Shown here: in pieces, positions 8,570 through 19,641 of the stretch
Numbering within the stretch: position 1 is the first letter of the stretch
How the letters are laid out: every line of letters begins with the position of its first letter
Source of the DNA: Candidatus Latescibacterota bacterium
GTDB lineage: Bacteria > Latescibacterota > UBA2968 > UBA8231
Reading direction: 5' to 3'
NCBI GenBank assembly: GCA_965200315.1
Contig: OZ241362.1
Location: 4,672,001 to 4,736,000, forward strand
DNA length: 64,000 nucleotides
The notes under the pieces: model-generated
What the model saw: only the letters and a program-made list of their open reading frames with translations
What the model was told of the DNA's origin: nothing
Database searches by the model: none
Made by a program: the position numbers and the translations under genes

Positions 8570-9538
8570 TTAGCGCTCCTCGCGCCGCAAATCCAGCCAC
8601 GCCATCTCCGCCTCAGTGAGCGGGTTGTGGAGCGCTTGGACGTTGGCCGCGATCTCATCGCCGCTCATGCTACCGACCAAGGCGTAGATGTCGAGCGGAT
8701 AGCTGAGCACGTACGACAAGGCGATCTGCGGCACCGACAGCCCCTTGTCTTCCGCTAGTTTCCACGCGCGATCGAGCCGCTTGAAGTTGTCTTCGCAGTA
8801 GTACGATTTGGGCATGGAGCCGTCGAATTGGTCGCGCATTTGCTCGGCGTTGGCGCGGGTGATTTTGCCCGAGAAGAAGCCGCGCGCCACGCTCGACCAA
8901 GTAAAGAGCGGCATGTCGTGCTCGGCGTACCACGCCCGGGCGGCAGCTTGGCCTGGCCCGGCAATCGATAGGCAATCCTTCCACGGCTCGGCGATCTGAT
9001 CGGCCAAGCTGAAGTTCGGACTGGAAGCGGCAAAAGGCACGAGCCCGCGTTTGTCGGCGTATTCGTTAGCCTCGGCCAAGCGCTCCGGCGTCCAATTCGA
9101 GCCGCCAAAAGCGTGGATGCGGCCGGCGACGTGGTGCTCGTTGAGTGCCTCGACGATAGGGCCGACCGGGACCGCCGGATCGTCGCGGTGCAACAGGTAG
9201 AGGTCGATGTAGTCGGAGCGCAGACGCACGAGCGAGTCGGCCATGTCCGCGGCGATGTCGTACGGGGTGACGCGGTTGCGGTCTTGGTTGAGATGGGCGC
9301 CCTTGCCAATGATGACGATTTCATCGCGGTTGCCCCTTTCCTCCATCCACAGCCCCAGCATGCGATCCACTTCGCCGCCGCCGTAGCCATGAGCCGAATC
9401 GTAGGTCGTGATGCCAGCCTGCCAAGCGGCGTCGAGCAAGGCAAAGCCTGCTTCCTTATTGCTGCGATTGAGCATGATCGAGCCTTGAACTATGCGCGAG
9501 ATCTTTTTTTTGATGCCTTGTACGTTGCCGTATTGCAC
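8570..9538 (-). CDS. Aldo/keto reductase
   Basis: Motifs YDSAHGYG, DYIDLYLLHRDD and FGGSNW. Confidence 0.92.
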   Translation of the reverse strand: MQYGNVQGIKKKISRIVQGSIMLNRSNKEAGFALLDAAWQAGITTYDSAHGYGGGEVDRMLGLWMEERGNRDEIVIIGKGAHLNQDRNRVTPYDIAADMADSLVRLRSDYIDLYLLHRDDPAVPVGPIVEALNEHHVAGRIHAFGGSNWTPERLAEANEYADKRGLVPFAASSPNFSLADQIAEPWKDCLSIAGPGQAAARAWYAEHDMPLFTWSSVARGFFSGKITRANAEQMRDQFDGSMPKSYYCEDNFKRLDRAWKLAEDKGLSVPQIALSYVLSYPLDIYALVGSMSGDEIAANVQALHNPLTEAEMAWLDLRREER

Positions 9539-9551
9539 GAGTGTTTTCCTT

Positions 9552-10535
9552 TCATTCCATTGGGTATTTTAGGCCGATCTGGGCGCGGATTTCGTCGAGG
9601 ATCCTCATCAGCGCCACCGTTTCGTCGAGCGGCATGCCCGCACTCTCGGTCTGATCTTCGCCGAGACAGCGGGCGACTTCTTGCGCCTCGTAGTTGTAGC
9701 CATTGCCCACCAAAGGCAACTCGATGCGCTCTTCGCGGCCTCCGGCTTTGAGCGTGGCGCTTTCGCCCTTCCACCACGACGGGTCAAGGGCAATCGTCCC
9801 CTCGCTGCCGACGATGCGCGCTTCGTGCGAAGTCGAAGCGCGGATGGCGCAAGACAGGTTGGCGACGGCACCGCCGCTATAGAGGAGTACGATGCCCGTT
9901 TGTTCGTCAACGCCGGTTTTCCCGAGGTGCGCGGCCGCGGCGATCTGAGCTGGCTGCGACCCAAGCACCATCGCCGCAAAGGAGACGACGTATATGCCGA
10001 TGTCGAGCAGAGCACCACCGCCCAAGGCGGGGTTAAAAAGCCGACCGTCGGGATTGACGCCCGCGCGAAAACCAAAGTCAGCGCTAACCATCAACGGCTC
10101 GCCAATGGCACCAGCGTCGAGCCACTGGCGCACCTGCGCCATAATGGGCAGGTAGCGGGTCCACATGGCCTCCATCAGAAAGACGCCGTTGGCGCGGGCA
10201 CAGGCGACGACGGCTTCGGCCTCAGTGGCGTTGATGGTAAAGGGCTTCTCGCAGAGCACGGCCTTGCCGGCTTTGAGGCAGAGAATCGAATTGTCTTTGT
10301 GGAAGGGATGGGGGGTAGCCACGTATATCGCGTCGATGTCGGGATCGGCGCTGAGGGCCTCGTACGAGGCGTGACGGTTGGGGGCACCGTACTGGTCGGC
10401 AAAGGCGTCGGCGCGCTGCTGGTCGCGCGAGCCAACGGCGACCAACTCTCCTTCGGGAATGGCTTGGAGGCCAACAGCAAATTTGTGGGCAATGCTGCCC
10501 GGGCCGAGGACCCCCCAGCGGATGGGTTCGGTCAT
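9552..10535 (-). CDS. Gfo/Idh/MocA family oxidoreductase
   Basis: Motifs WGVLGPGSIA, YVATPHPFH, VLCEKP and GGALLDIGIY. Confidence 0.93.
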   Translation of the reverse strand: MTEPIRWGVLGPGSIAHKFAVGLQAIPEGELVAVGSRDQQRADAFADQYGAPNRHASYEALSADPDIDAIYVATPHPFHKDNSILCLKAGKAVLCEKPFTINATEAEAVVACARANGVFLMEAMWTRYLPIMAQVRQWLDAGAIGEPLMVSADFGFRAGVNPDGRLFNPALGGGALLDIGIYVVSFAAMVLGSQPAQIAAAAHLGKTGVDEQTGIVLLYSGGAVANLSCAIRASTSHEARIVGSEGTIALDPSWWKGESATLKAGGREERIELPLVGNGYNYEAQEVARCLGEDQTESAGMPLDETVALMRILDEIRAQIGLKYPME

Positions 10536-10624
10536 GGATACTCCTAGCTTGGACTGATGTGAAAAATAAGTGAGGATATAGTTTGGCCGGGCGTAGGAAA
10601 GACGTCAAGGATTGGCGAGTGTCC

Positions 10625-10708
10625 TTGACCGCTGGCGACAAAGCCACCCAACAACGCGGAGACATCGCCAAAGCTCGGCGTCTCAGGGAACGCTACTTAC
10701 AAAATTAG
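10625..10708 (+). pseudogene. C-terminal remnant of a RelE/HigB-like addiction-module killer toxin
   Basis: Reads LTAGDKATQQRGDIAKARRLRERYLQN*, resembling the LxGGDKxTQxxDIxxA killer-toxin C-terminus. No upstream homologous part is visible. Confidence 0.6.
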
Positions 10709-10717
10709 GAGGGCATT

Positions 10718-10921
10718 ATGGCGCTTACCACACACGATGACTACGCCCGACTGCGAGCGAATCGAGATCCAGAATTCGCCCGACTGCTACGTCAAAGAGC
10801 GGTTGAACTTTTGGACGGTGATGAAGAGGATCGCCGGATTGCCCGACGGATACTCCAGAATCAGCTCGGGATCGCCGCTAGCGAAATCGAGGAACTGGAA
10901 CGGGAGAAGGCGACCGCCTGA
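10718..10921 (+). CDS. Truncated addiction-module antidote-like protein (HTH missing)
   Basis: AGGAGG SD; MALT...RANRDPEFARLL...AVELLDGD resembles antidote N-termini; only 67 aa. Confidence 0.55.
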   Translation: MALTTHDDYARLRANRDPEFARLLRQRAVELLDGDEEDRRIARRILQNQLGIAASEIEELEREKATA

Positions 10922-11032
10922 TGAGATAGGAGGGCAGATTGGATTTTGTCCAAAACGGCCCTGCGCAACCGCGATGGTGTGAAATGCGTTGTGCTTTTTG
11001 CGGCTAATCTCGGTAGATTCGCCGTTCAATAG

Positions 11033-14000
11033 TCAGCTCGTATCGGCAAAGTCGCGAGCATTTTGAAATAGCTTCAGCCACGGCCCTTCTCCGCCCGTCC
11101 ACTCCGCCGGACGCCAAGAAAGCTGGACATTGCGGAAGACGCGCTCGGGGTGCGGCATCATAATGGTGGCGCGGCCATCAGCGCTGGTCAGAGCTGTCAA
11201 CCCGCCGGGCGAGCCGTTCGGGTTGGACGGATAGCGTTCGGCCGGCTGACCGTAATTATCCACGTAGCGCAAGCAAAGCTGATTTTGCATCCGCACTCGT
11301 TCTATTTTTCGCTCATCGCCAAATTGGACGCGGCCCTCGCCGTGCGCCACCGCAATGGGCAAACGAGACCCCGCCATGCCGCACAAGAGCACCGACAGGC
11401 TCTCCAGCACCTCTACGGTGGCGAACCGCGCCTCAAACTGCTCGGAGCGGTTGCGCACAAATTGCGGCCAGTTGGCCGCGCCTGGGATCAGCTCCTTGAG
11501 GTGCGACAGCATCTGGCAGCCATTGCACACCCCCAAGGAAAAGGTATCCGGCCGCTCGAAGAAGGCGGCGAATTGCTCGCGCAGGCGGTCGTGGAAGAGA
11601 ATCGAACGCGCCCAGCCAGCCCCGGCCCCAAGCACGTCTCCGTAGCTGAAGCCGCCGCAGGCAGCCAGCCCGTGAAACGAACTCAATTTGACGCGGGCGG
11701 CCAACAGGTCGGTCATGGTCACGTCAACCGCTTCGCAGGCGGCTGCGTCAAAGGCCGCGGCCATTTCCACCTGACCGTTGATGCCCTGTTCACGCAGTAT
11801 CGCCACGCGGGGCCGCGCCTTCCCTCCTATGGTCGGAGCGACTTTGTGCGCCAAGTGGAAGTTCAGGCCCGAGTCTTGGCCGTCGGCAAGGGCCTCGAAC
11901 TCCTCGCGGGCGCAGTCTGGGGAGTCGCGGTGGGCCTGCATCCGATACGTCAGTTCCGCCCATGCCGCGTGAAGGGCGAGCAGTGGGGCTTCATAGACGA
12001 GATCGTCGCCGTGGCAAATGCGCAGGTGTAAGTCGTCACTAGGCTGGCCCACGCCGTCGACCAAGTCGGCGATGCCTTGGTCCGCAAAGACCTCGTACAC
12101 GGCTTCTTCATCTTCAGAGCGATATTGGATCACAGCGCCCACTTCTTCGCAAAAGAGCGCGGCGAGTGGGTCGCAGCCCAGCGCGGCAATTTCTAGCTCC
12201 ACGCCGTAGCGGCCAGCAAACGCCATCTCGGCCACCGCAGTGAAAAGACCGCCATCGGACCGGTCGTGGTACGCGAGTACGAGCTCTTGGTCGAGCAGAG
12301 TCTGCACGGCCTCGTACAAGCCGCGCACATCGCCTGCATCTACGTCTGGGACCTCGCCACCGATCTGATTGTACGTTTGAGCAAGACAAGAGCCGCCGAG
12401 ACGGTTTTGCCCGCGACCCAAATCCACCACCAGCAGCCGGGTGTCGCCCCGCTTTAGGTCGGGCGTGGCGTGGCGGCGCACATCGTCCACCGGCGCGAAG
12501 GCCGAGACGACCACGCTCAACGGCGCGACCACCTTGTGAGCCGCGCCCTCGTCGTCTTCCCACACCGCCCGCATGGACAGCGAGTCTTTCCCCACCGGGA
12601 TCGACACCCCTACTGCCGGGCAAAACTCCAACCCCACGGCGCGCACGGTGTCGTAGAGAGCCGCGTCTTCGCCCTCTTCGCCGCAGGCGCACATCCAGTT
12701 GCCCGACAGCTTGATGCGGTGAATCGGGCCGATGCGCGCCGCCGCGATGTTGGCAATGGCCTCGGCAATGGCCATGCGCCCGGACGCCGGCGCATCCACC
12801 AAGGCGAGGGGTGTGCGCTCACCCATAGCCATGGCCGACCCGGTGTACCCCTGAAAAGAGTGGCAAGTCAGCGCCAGATCTGCGACCGGCACCTGATGGG
12901 GGCCGACCATCTGATCGCGGGCCACCAAGCCGGTGACCGTGCGGTCGGCAATGGTGATGAGGAAGGTCTTGGCTGCCACAGCCGGGAAGCGGAGTACGCG
13001 CTCTACAGCCTCGGCTATCGAAGGCTCTCCTAGGTCGAGGGGCGGCCGCACGGGCTGGCTGCGCGTGGCTCGGCGCAGCATCTTGGGCGGCTTGCCCAAA
13101 ATCACCGCTAGGTTGAGGTCGTCGATGGGCTTGCCGCCGAGCAGAGAGTCGTCGAGAGACAGCGTGCCATCGCCAGTGATCTCGCCGATGACCGCAAACA
13201 GGCAGCGCTCGCGCGCGGCCAACTCAGCAAAGCGCTCCAAGTCAGCGCAGCCTACCACCAGCACGTAGCGCTCTTGCGCCTCATTGCTCCAAATTTGCAT
13301 CGGGCTCATGCCCGGATCGTCGTTGTGAATGGCCCGCAAGTCAAAGTGTGCCCCCACGTCTGCCACCAACTCCGGGCAAGCGTTGGACAGGCCACCGGCC
13401 CCCACGTCGTGGATGCTGATGATGGGGTTTTCCGCACCGAGCGAGATGCAGCGGCTGATCAGCTCTTGGCAGCGGCGCTGCATCTCGGGATTGTCGCGTT
13501 GCACCGAGGCAAAGTCGAGTTCCTCGCTGTTGGCCCCGGTATCCATGCTGGAGGCCGCGCCTCCACCGAGGCCGATGAGCATGGCCGGCCCCCCGAGCTG
13601 AATGACGCAATCGCCCGCAGCCGGAGTTTTCTTTTCCACGTGCATAGCGTCGATGAGGCCAACGCCGCCAGCGACCATGATCGGCTTGTGATAGCCGCGC
13701 CACACCCCAGTGCTGTCATCCTCCAAGGTGCGAAACATCCCGAGGATGTTCGGTCGGCCGAATTCATTGCCAAAGGCCGCGCCGCCAATCGGCCCTTCGG
13801 TCATAATGGCCAGCGGGGTAGCCAAGCGGTCTGGGAAGGCCGCGCGCTCTTTTTCCCACGGCTGGGCAAACTCGGGCAAGCGCAGATGCGAGGTAAAAAA
13901 GGCGCACAGGCCCGCCTGCGACCAGCCGCCGGTACCAGCCGCCCCCTCGTCGCGAATCTCCCCTCCAACTCCAGTAGATGCCCCTGGATAAGGCGCAATG

Positions 14001-14896
14001 GCAGTAGGATGGTTGTGAGTCTCGACCTTGATCAAGACGTGAGATTGCCGCTGGCGATAGCCATAGCGAAAATCGTCGTCTAGCTGCGGGCCAAAGACCG
14101 ACACGTCAAAGCCCTCAATTACGCCGGCGTTGTCGGAATAGGCCTTAACCGTGCCTTCGGGATGGGACGCGTGCGTGTGGCGAATCATGTCGAAGAGCGA
14201 GCGAGTCTCGCGCTGGCCGTCGATGATCCAATCGGCATTGAAAATTTTGTGGCGGCAGTGCTCGGAGTTGACCACCGCAAACATCATCAACTCCACGTCG
14301 GTCGGGTCGCGCCCAGCAAAGGCGTGCAGCGCGTAGTCGATTTCCTCGTCCGAGAGGGCCAAGCCCATCTCGCGGTTGGCGGCCACGAGCGCACATCGTC
14401 CCTCGGCCCGCACCGGAATATGGACTAGCGGCTTGGGAGCCACGCGGCGAAAGAGGGTTTCTAAGGAGTCGAGCGGGGCCTCAATCATGCGGTCGTAGAG
14501 CAGCGGCAAGACGACTCGACTGAGCTCGCCGAAGCCCTCACTAGGCACTTTATCGGCGGCAAAGGAATACAGAGTACCGCGCTCAACGCGATGCACGAAT
14601 TCGAGGCCGCAGTTTTTGAGAATATCGGTAGCCTTGCTCGACCACGGAGATGTCGTGCCCGGCCGCGGACCAATGGCCACCTCGTTGTGCGCCCGCGCCG
14701 GCAAAGTCGCGTCCACATTGAGGATGTGCATGAGTCGCGCCAGCTCATCGTCCGCTAGGGTCCGCGCACATTGCACGGCATAGAAGTACGTGGCACTCAA
14801 ATCCTCAACTTCGGGTGCGCAATGCTGGCAGCTCACCAGCAGCGACTGGCGGCGAAGGGACGATAGGGCCGGGGGGCCGACAAAGGCGAGTAACAT
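11033..14896 (-). CDS. purL: Phosphoribosylformylglycinamidine synthase (large single-chain type)
   Basis: 1287 aa; [42 protein letters not shown] and MMPHPER. Confidence 0.98.
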   Translation of the reverse strand: MLLAFVGPPALSSLRRQSLLVSCQHCAPEVEDLSATYFYAVQCARTLADDELARLMHILNVDATLPARAHNEVAIGPRPGTTSPWSSKATDILKNCGLEFVHRVERGTLYSFAADKVPSEGFGELSRVVLPLLYDRMIEAPLDSLETLFRRVAPKPLVHIPVRAEGRCALVAANREMGLALSDEEIDYALHAFAGRDPTDVELMMFAVVNSEHCRHKIFNADWIIDGQRETRSLFDMIRHTHASHPEGTVKAYSDNAGVIEGFDVSVFGPQLDDDFRYGYRQRQSHVLIKVETHNHPTAIAPYPGASTGVGGEIRDEGAAGTGGWSQAGLCAFFTSHLRLPEFAQPWEKERAAFPDRLATPLAIMTEGPIGGAAFGNEFGRPNILGMFRTLEDDSTGVWRGYHKPIMVAGGVGLIDAMHVEKKTPAAGDCVIQLGGPAMLIGLGGGAASSMDTGANSEELDFASVQRDNPEMQRRCQELISRCISLGAENPIISIHDVGAGGLSNACPELVADVGAHFDLRAIHNDDPGMSPMQIWSNEAQERYVLVVGCADLERFAELAARERCLFAVIGEITGDGTLSLDDSLLGGKPIDDLNLAVILGKPPKMLRRATRSQPVRPPLDLGEPSIAEAVERVLRFPAVAAKTFLITIADRTVTGLVARDQMVGPHQVPVADLALTCHSFQGYTGSAMAMGERTPLALVDAPASGRMAIAEAIANIAAARIGPIHRIKLSGNWMCACGEEGEDAALYDTVRAVGLEFCPAVGVSIPVGKDSLSMRAVWEDDEGAAHKVVAPLSVVVSAFAPVDDVRRHATPDLKRGDTRLLVVDLGRGQNRLGGSCLAQTYNQIGGEVPDVDAGDVRGLYEAVQTLLDQELVLAYHDRSDGGLFTAVAEMAFAGRYGVELEIAALGCDPLAALFCEEVGAVIQYRSEDEEAVYEVFADQGIADLVDGVGQPSDDLHLRICHGDDLVYEAPLLALHAAWAELTYRMQAHRDSPDCAREEFEALADGQDSGLNFHLAHKVAPTIGGKARPRVAILREQGINGQVEMAAAFDAAACEAVDVTMTDLLAARVKLSSFHGLAACGGFSYGDVLGAGAGWARSILFHDRLREQFAAFFERPDTFSLGVCNGCQMLSHLKELIPGAANWPQFVRNRSEQFEARFATVEVLESLSVLLCGMAGSRLPIAVAHGEGRVQFGDERKIERVRMQNQLCLRYVDNYGQPAERYPSNPNGSPGGLTALTSADGRATIMMPHPERVFRNVQLSWRPAEWTGGEGPWLKLFQNARDFADTS

Positions 14897-15179
14897 GGGT
14901 TAGTGGTTAGTAGCTAAGAACACGACAGTAATCTAAGTTTTGGTCTGGCCCTGATTTAGGTTTATTTTTACTCGCGCTGATTACAAATAAAGTGCCCTAA
15001 ACACAGGAGCCGTAGCGTGCCTATTCATACGCTAAAGAAAGCCCTCATGCAAGAGGCTGTATCCCTCACGCGCCCCCGTATCGACCTGCGTAGCGGCTTG
15101 GTCTGTACGCTGATACCAGTGCGCCGGGGCAATCGGAGAAAACGGGCGTGTAGTCGGCCGGGGTCCGACAGCTCCGTCC

Positions 15180-17162
15180 CTAAAACACAATGCTCGACAC
15201 GGCCTTGGAAATCAGTGCCAGCGCGATGGAAGACATGCCGACCAGCCCCATGCCGCACGAATAGCCGGCCAACAAAATCGGCGCGTACGCCCGCCAGCGC
15301 GCCTCGCCAAAGCGCTTCTGCAAGTGATAGCGGCCCAGCAAGGCACCGATGAAGTTGGGCAGCAGAAAGTGCGGCCACGCGCCCACACCACCGATGAATC
15401 CGTAGAACAGGGCGACCGGCCACCTCAAGAGCGCCAGCGCCCCCAAAATTCCCGCGCTGCCCAGCGCCCCCGTGAGCACGTATTCCCAGCGAATGATGGT
15501 CTTGATCAGCTCGTTGCCCCCCTCGGCGAGGGTGGATTTGGCCCAGAACGCCTGCATAGTGGCGTGGAAGGGCCAAAACTTCTGCACGTAGGGATAGGCC
15601 GACGAGGGAATCGGCCCGAGCTTCCAGATAAAGGACCAGAATATAAACGAGCAGACGAACATGATCAGCAAGGTTACGCCGGCCAGCTTGACGATGCTGC
15701 CGAAGTGGGTGCGGGTCAGTTCTAGTTGCTTGAAGGCCGCGGCTTCGTAGCCCCACTGGAAGAGCGGAATCGGCGCGAACCACACGGCCGCGCCCTGATA
15801 GCCCGACAGGTAAAAGGAGCCTTCGCGCAGATAGGGAAAGGACGCCCCTTGCGGCGAGCCGGTCAGGCCGATCATGCGCGCGCCGATGTACGAGTAAATC
15901 GGCGTCCACACAAAGCCGAAGAACGCGCTAATCCACCAAGGGAATTCCGGCACCAAATACCACACCAAGACCACGAAGCCGAGCGTACTCACCGCCCAGA
16001 TGCCCAAGGCGAGGGGGATGGGGATGTCGCCGCGGCCCTCGGGCAGGCCCTCGTCGCCGCCTTCGCGCTTGACCCCGCGCAAAGTCCACAGGGTCTTGCC
16101 CACCATGGCAAAACCCATCAGAGCCACCATGACTGCGCCGCCAATGGAGAAGCTAAGCCAGAAGTCGAAGGAATTGGCGATCTGCGTGGGGATCGCCGAC
16201 ATGCCCGGCTCCCAGGTGTGCAGTACGTCGTAGGCGTAGAGCACCGGGTTGACGAGGATGTTGACGAGAAAGGCCGCGGCAAAGGAGCCGACCACGATCC
16301 AAAAGGGCAAGACAAAGCCGACCATGACGTGTCCGAGGTCCGTGCCCAGGCCCATGATGCTGGCCGGCAGCATTTCCTTGAGCGAGACGGTCAGATCGAT
16401 AAATGGAATCGGCAAGATCGTCACGGTTTCAGTGAAGAAAATGCCCGAGATCGTGGGGATGACTACGTAGAACAGCCCCCAGATAATGCCGATAAAGGCC
16501 CCGACGCTAAAGACCTCCCACCGCCAGCCTTGGCTCGGTCCCGAGCTCTCGGCGAGGGCGGTCGCGCCGCCGGCCTGCACCGCTGCCAGCGGGTACGGCA
16601 GGCGCTCGATGTCGTTGGTGATGCGGAAGAGCACGTAGCCGAGGGATAGGCTGTTGATCTTCTGCATCACGATGACGGTCAGCAGCAGGGCGATGGGCTT
16701 GAGCCAAGCGGGGTGTAAAAAGGAGCGCCCCTCCAGCCCCGGCGAGCCGCGCGGAGGCACCACCCAATCGGGGATGTGCTGGTGCAAGCCGTCGGCTTGG
16801 GGCGATTGGATCAAGTACTGGTCCCAGATCAGCCCGCCAAAAGGCCCGCCGAACAGCTCGGCGCCGGTGCCCAACTTGCCGCCCATCATGACTAGGCCGC
16901 CAGCCACCCAGTAGAGAATGATCACCTCTTGGGTGCGCAGGCGCGCAAAGGAACGCTTGGCGATTTCGATGAAGAGGATGAGCGTCACCCACTCGGCACC
17001 GCCGGCCATGCTCTGGCCGGTCACCAACCCCAAATAGATGGCCCCGGGCAGCATGATGAAGCCAACGAAGAGCGCGGCCCACAAGGTCTTGAGGTTGAAA
17101 CCCGGTTCAAATTCGAGGTCTGCGGGAATGAGTTCGGGCGTTTTTTTGTCGTCTTTGGCCAT
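15180..17162 (-). CDS. OPT-superfamily-like polytopic membrane transporter
   Basis: 660 aa with many TM helices; IERLPYPLA motif like the OPT ExLpFP motif; 3-nt gap to the upstream gene. Confidence 0.7.
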   Translation of the reverse strand: MAKDDKKTPELIPADLEFEPGFNLKTLWAALFVGFIMLPGAIYLGLVTGQSMAGGAEWVTLILFIEIAKRSFARLRTQEVIILYWVAGGLVMMGGKLGTGAELFGGPFGGLIWDQYLIQSPQADGLHQHIPDWVVPPRGSPGLEGRSFLHPAWLKPIALLLTVIVMQKINSLSLGYVLFRITNDIERLPYPLAAVQAGGATALAESSGPSQGWRWEVFSVGAFIGIIWGLFYVVIPTISGIFFTETVTILPIPFIDLTVSLKEMLPASIMGLGTDLGHVMVGFVLPFWIVVGSFAAAFLVNILVNPVLYAYDVLHTWEPGMSAIPTQIANSFDFWLSFSIGGAVMVALMGFAMVGKTLWTLRGVKREGGDEGLPEGRGDIPIPLALGIWAVSTLGFVVLVWYLVPEFPWWISAFFGFVWTPIYSYIGARMIGLTGSPQGASFPYLREGSFYLSGYQGAAVWFAPIPLFQWGYEAAAFKQLELTRTHFGSIVKLAGVTLLIMFVCSFIFWSFIWKLGPIPSSAYPYVQKFWPFHATMQAFWAKSTLAEGGNELIKTIIRWEYVLTGALGSAGILGALALLRWPVALFYGFIGGVGAWPHFLLPNFIGALLGRYHLQKRFGEARWRAYAPILLAGYSCGMGLVGMSSIALALISKAVSSIVF

Positions 17163-17165
17163 GTG

Positions 17166-19100
17166 CTAGTTTCCGTACAGCGGGTGCCCCTGCCCGGGGA
17201 ACCAAATCATATCGATGCAAAAAGACAGGCCAATCGCGGTGAAATACCCGAGGATGAGGCCGATGAAAAAGGGCTGGGCGCGGTGGTAGAGGCCGATGCC
17301 GCCCGAGCGCATGATGGCCCATTTGGCCAGCCAAGAGACGAAGATCGAAAAGACGATAATGGTCATGGGGTAGGAACAGATGCCGACCGGCATGCCGATC
17401 GGGTGCAGGGGCCACCACGAGAAGCGGTAGCGCATAAAGGTCAGCAACCCCATTGCGCCCGCGCCGCTTAGGAGGTGGCCCAATCGCGTCCAGTCTGGAG
17501 CCTTGAGGTCGATTTTGCGCAGGCTTTCCACGTAGGGCACTTGCGAGCCGGTGCCGAATATCCACCCCCCGTAGTTGTACGCGCCAAAGGAGTAGCCCAT
17601 GTAGAGCGCGAAGGCCATAGAGACGACGAGGGCCACTAGCGCCGAGAAGAGTATGAAAAAGCTCAGCCAGCGGCGGCTTCGACCGGAGCTCAGCCGAGGG
17701 TTGCCGCGAATGTGGCCGGACACCTTGGCGCTGTTGGCCGCGGCGACCATGAAGAAGCCCTTGAGCTCGTGGTGCCAGCCATAGGACAGCCCCATGACGA
17801 TGTTGCTCTGCGCGGTGGCGTGCGGCCCAAGCGCGTAGCCAACGAAGGTTTGGCCAACTAGCGGGGCGCGGCTGAAGAGCAAGCCACCTTCCATGATGAT
17901 GCGCGTAATGCCGACGTAGAGGACCAAGGTGGCCAAGATGAAGAGCGCGACCGTGGGCGGGTTCATGCCGGCGCGCCACATCGAGAAGGCGATGTAGAGC
18001 AGGGCCAACCCGCCGCCAAAGACGATCATCCGGTAGGACATCAGCTCGTCGGTGTCGTCGATGTCCGCATCGTTGCGCATGGCTTTGCGCCAGATCGCGC
18101 CGAGGTGCCCACGCGCCATCCACAGCATCCCGACGACGAGGGCGATCAAGGCACCGAAAGACTGCCAGCCGATGCCGGGATGCCCAAGGGTGTACACGTC
18201 GCGGCCAGCGATCGCGTAGCCAAAGCGGTTGAACAGGCCCTGTTGCAGCATGGTGAGCGCGGTGAAAAACCACATGCTGAACGACACGTCGAGGTTGACA
18301 AAGTACGTGAAGCCGACGATGGCCCAGTTGACGTTGGTGTTGATGGCGGGAAATTCGCGGCCAATGCGGATGGGGTCAGAAAGATCGCGCGGGATGGGCG
18401 GGAAGGCCGGGGTAAAGTACGTGACCACGTTCCACATAACCATGCAGAAGGGCAGGGCAAAGCCGAACCAGAATGCCTTTTGGCGCACAAAGCTGGGCCA
18501 GTTAGAGCCGGGCGGCGGGGCGATGAGCTGTTGGGGCAATTCCATCAGGGCGAAGGGCAGGCGCTCGTATTCGACCCACTGCTTGCGCAGGGCCGCGACC
18601 ATGCACTGACACAAAAAGAAGATGGCCATCACCAAGCTGGTCCACCAAAAAAGCGGCACGATCCAAGCACCCCAAGGGATGGATTCGCCCGCGGGCAGGC
18701 CGTTGTAGAACCACTTGAGGGCAATCGCGTCGTTGGGCACCAGCCATTCCTCGATGTACTGCACCACCTTGCTCTGCCACTGATTTTCGGGCGAGGCAAA
18801 GTACTGGGGAGCGGCGATGACTGCGATCATGTACGTGGAAGTGCCCCAGGTGGGAATTGAGGCCCCCACTAAGGACATGATGAAGATGAGGCCCAGTTCG
18901 CTGGTGCTCAGGCCGCGCACTTTTAGCAGCGACTTGGCCGTGGCGTTGAGAAAGACCAAGCCGGTAAAGAGAAAGACCACGCTCAAGGGCAAATAGCTGA
19001 TCGCCCACTGCGAGGACTTGAGGATGAACATGCTGTACGGGGCCCCAATGTTGATCAAGATCACGAGGCCCAAGCCGATGAGGAAGGCGCGTGCGGTCAT
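17166..19100 (-). CDS. DUF6785/DUF6784-type polytopic membrane protein (probable OPT-like fold)
   Basis: 644 aa; TARAFLIGL start, LRKQWVEYERLPFAL, WWPLHPIG and GGIGLYHRAQPFFIGLILG. Confidence 0.7.
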   Translation of the reverse strand: MTARAFLIGLGLVILINIGAPYSMFILKSSQWAISYLPLSVVFLFTGLVFLNATAKSLLKVRGLSTSELGLIFIMSLVGASIPTWGTSTYMIAVIAAPQYFASPENQWQSKVVQYIEEWLVPNDAIALKWFYNGLPAGESIPWGAWIVPLFWWTSLVMAIFFLCQCMVAALRKQWVEYERLPFALMELPQQLIAPPPGSNWPSFVRQKAFWFGFALPFCMVMWNVVTYFTPAFPPIPRDLSDPIRIGREFPAINTNVNWAIVGFTYFVNLDVSFSMWFFTALTMLQQGLFNRFGYAIAGRDVYTLGHPGIGWQSFGALIALVVGMLWMARGHLGAIWRKAMRNDADIDDTDELMSYRMIVFGGGLALLYIAFSMWRAGMNPPTVALFILATLVLYVGITRIIMEGGLLFSRAPLVGQTFVGYALGPHATAQSNIVMGLSYGWHHELKGFFMVAAANSAKVSGHIRGNPRLSSGRSRRWLSFFILFSALVALVVSMAFALYMGYSFGAYNYGGWIFGTGSQVPYVESLRKIDLKAPDWTRLGHLLSGAGAMGLLTFMRYRFSWWPLHPIGMPVGICSYPMTIIVFSIFVSWLAKWAIMRSGGIGLYHRAQPFFIGLILGYFTAIGLSFCIDMIWFPGQGHPLYGN

Positions 19101-19115
19101 GTTGGCTGCCCGGTG

Positions 19116-19227
19116 CTACAGAGGGCAACGGACGGCACCCGCTTTCGGTACTCTTGGCTGATTCCCGGCGACCGGAGTGGCCACGCGAGGAACCGCTCGC
19201 AAAGCATCTTGAGGATTTGGCTCATCC
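19116..19227 (-). repeat. Diverged copy of the 3' end of the M28/FtsX gene (core matches 20046-20127)
   Basis: About 70% identity by manual alignment. It translates as MSQILKMLCERFLAWPLRSPGISQEY versus the gene's MNRKFLNVLRKRFLVWRTLSPGIRQGY. Confidence 0.75.
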
Positions 19228-19258
19228 CCCCTCGATCTTCTTGCGACTCTTCATGGCT

Positions 19259-19639
19259 TCAAACCTCCATGGTGGCCACGTCGTATTGCGAAATGTGGCC
19301 GTCCCGGGTCACGAGGATCAGCCCTTCGGCCCGGGCTTGAGCAATCAGGAACCGATCGAATGGATCCCGGTGGTGCATCGGGAGGTGGCCGGCCTGCTCA
19401 GCGTGATGGAACGTCAGCGGAAGGTGAGTGAAGCCCCTTTCCTCAACCAACACCGACAGATTGTCTGGAGCGACTAAGCGCCCCTTTGCCCGCTTGACCG
19501 CGATTTCCCACCCGGTGATGGCGCTGACGAAGACGTCATTGTGCGGATCGGCGATTGTGGCACGGATATCTTCGGCCAGTTGCTCAACATCGGATAGGCA
19601 CCACAAGAGGGTGTGGGTATCCAACAGTAGCCGCGACAT
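19259..19639 (-). CDS. vapC: VapC PIN-domain toxin
   Basis: Motifs LLLDTHTLLW, VSAITGWEIAVK, HRDPFDRFLIAQA and LVTRD. Confidence 0.93.
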   Translation of the reverse strand: MSRLLLDTHTLLWCLSDVEQLAEDIRATIADPHNDVFVSAITGWEIAVKRAKGRLVAPDNLSVLVEERGFTHLPLTFHHAEQAGHLPMHHRDPFDRFLIAQARAEGLILVTRDGHISQYDVATMEV

Positions 19640-19641
19640 TG

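Noticed and set aside
10600-10624. Possible displaced purL 3' end beyond the TA relic
   Set aside because: Only a vague LANP* vs FADTS* resemblance, which is not supportable.
15017-15352. Plus-strand ORF with an AGGAG SD, divergent from purL
   Set aside because: No recognisable motif, and half of it overlaps the transporter antisense. It may be a decayed gene but cannot be supported.
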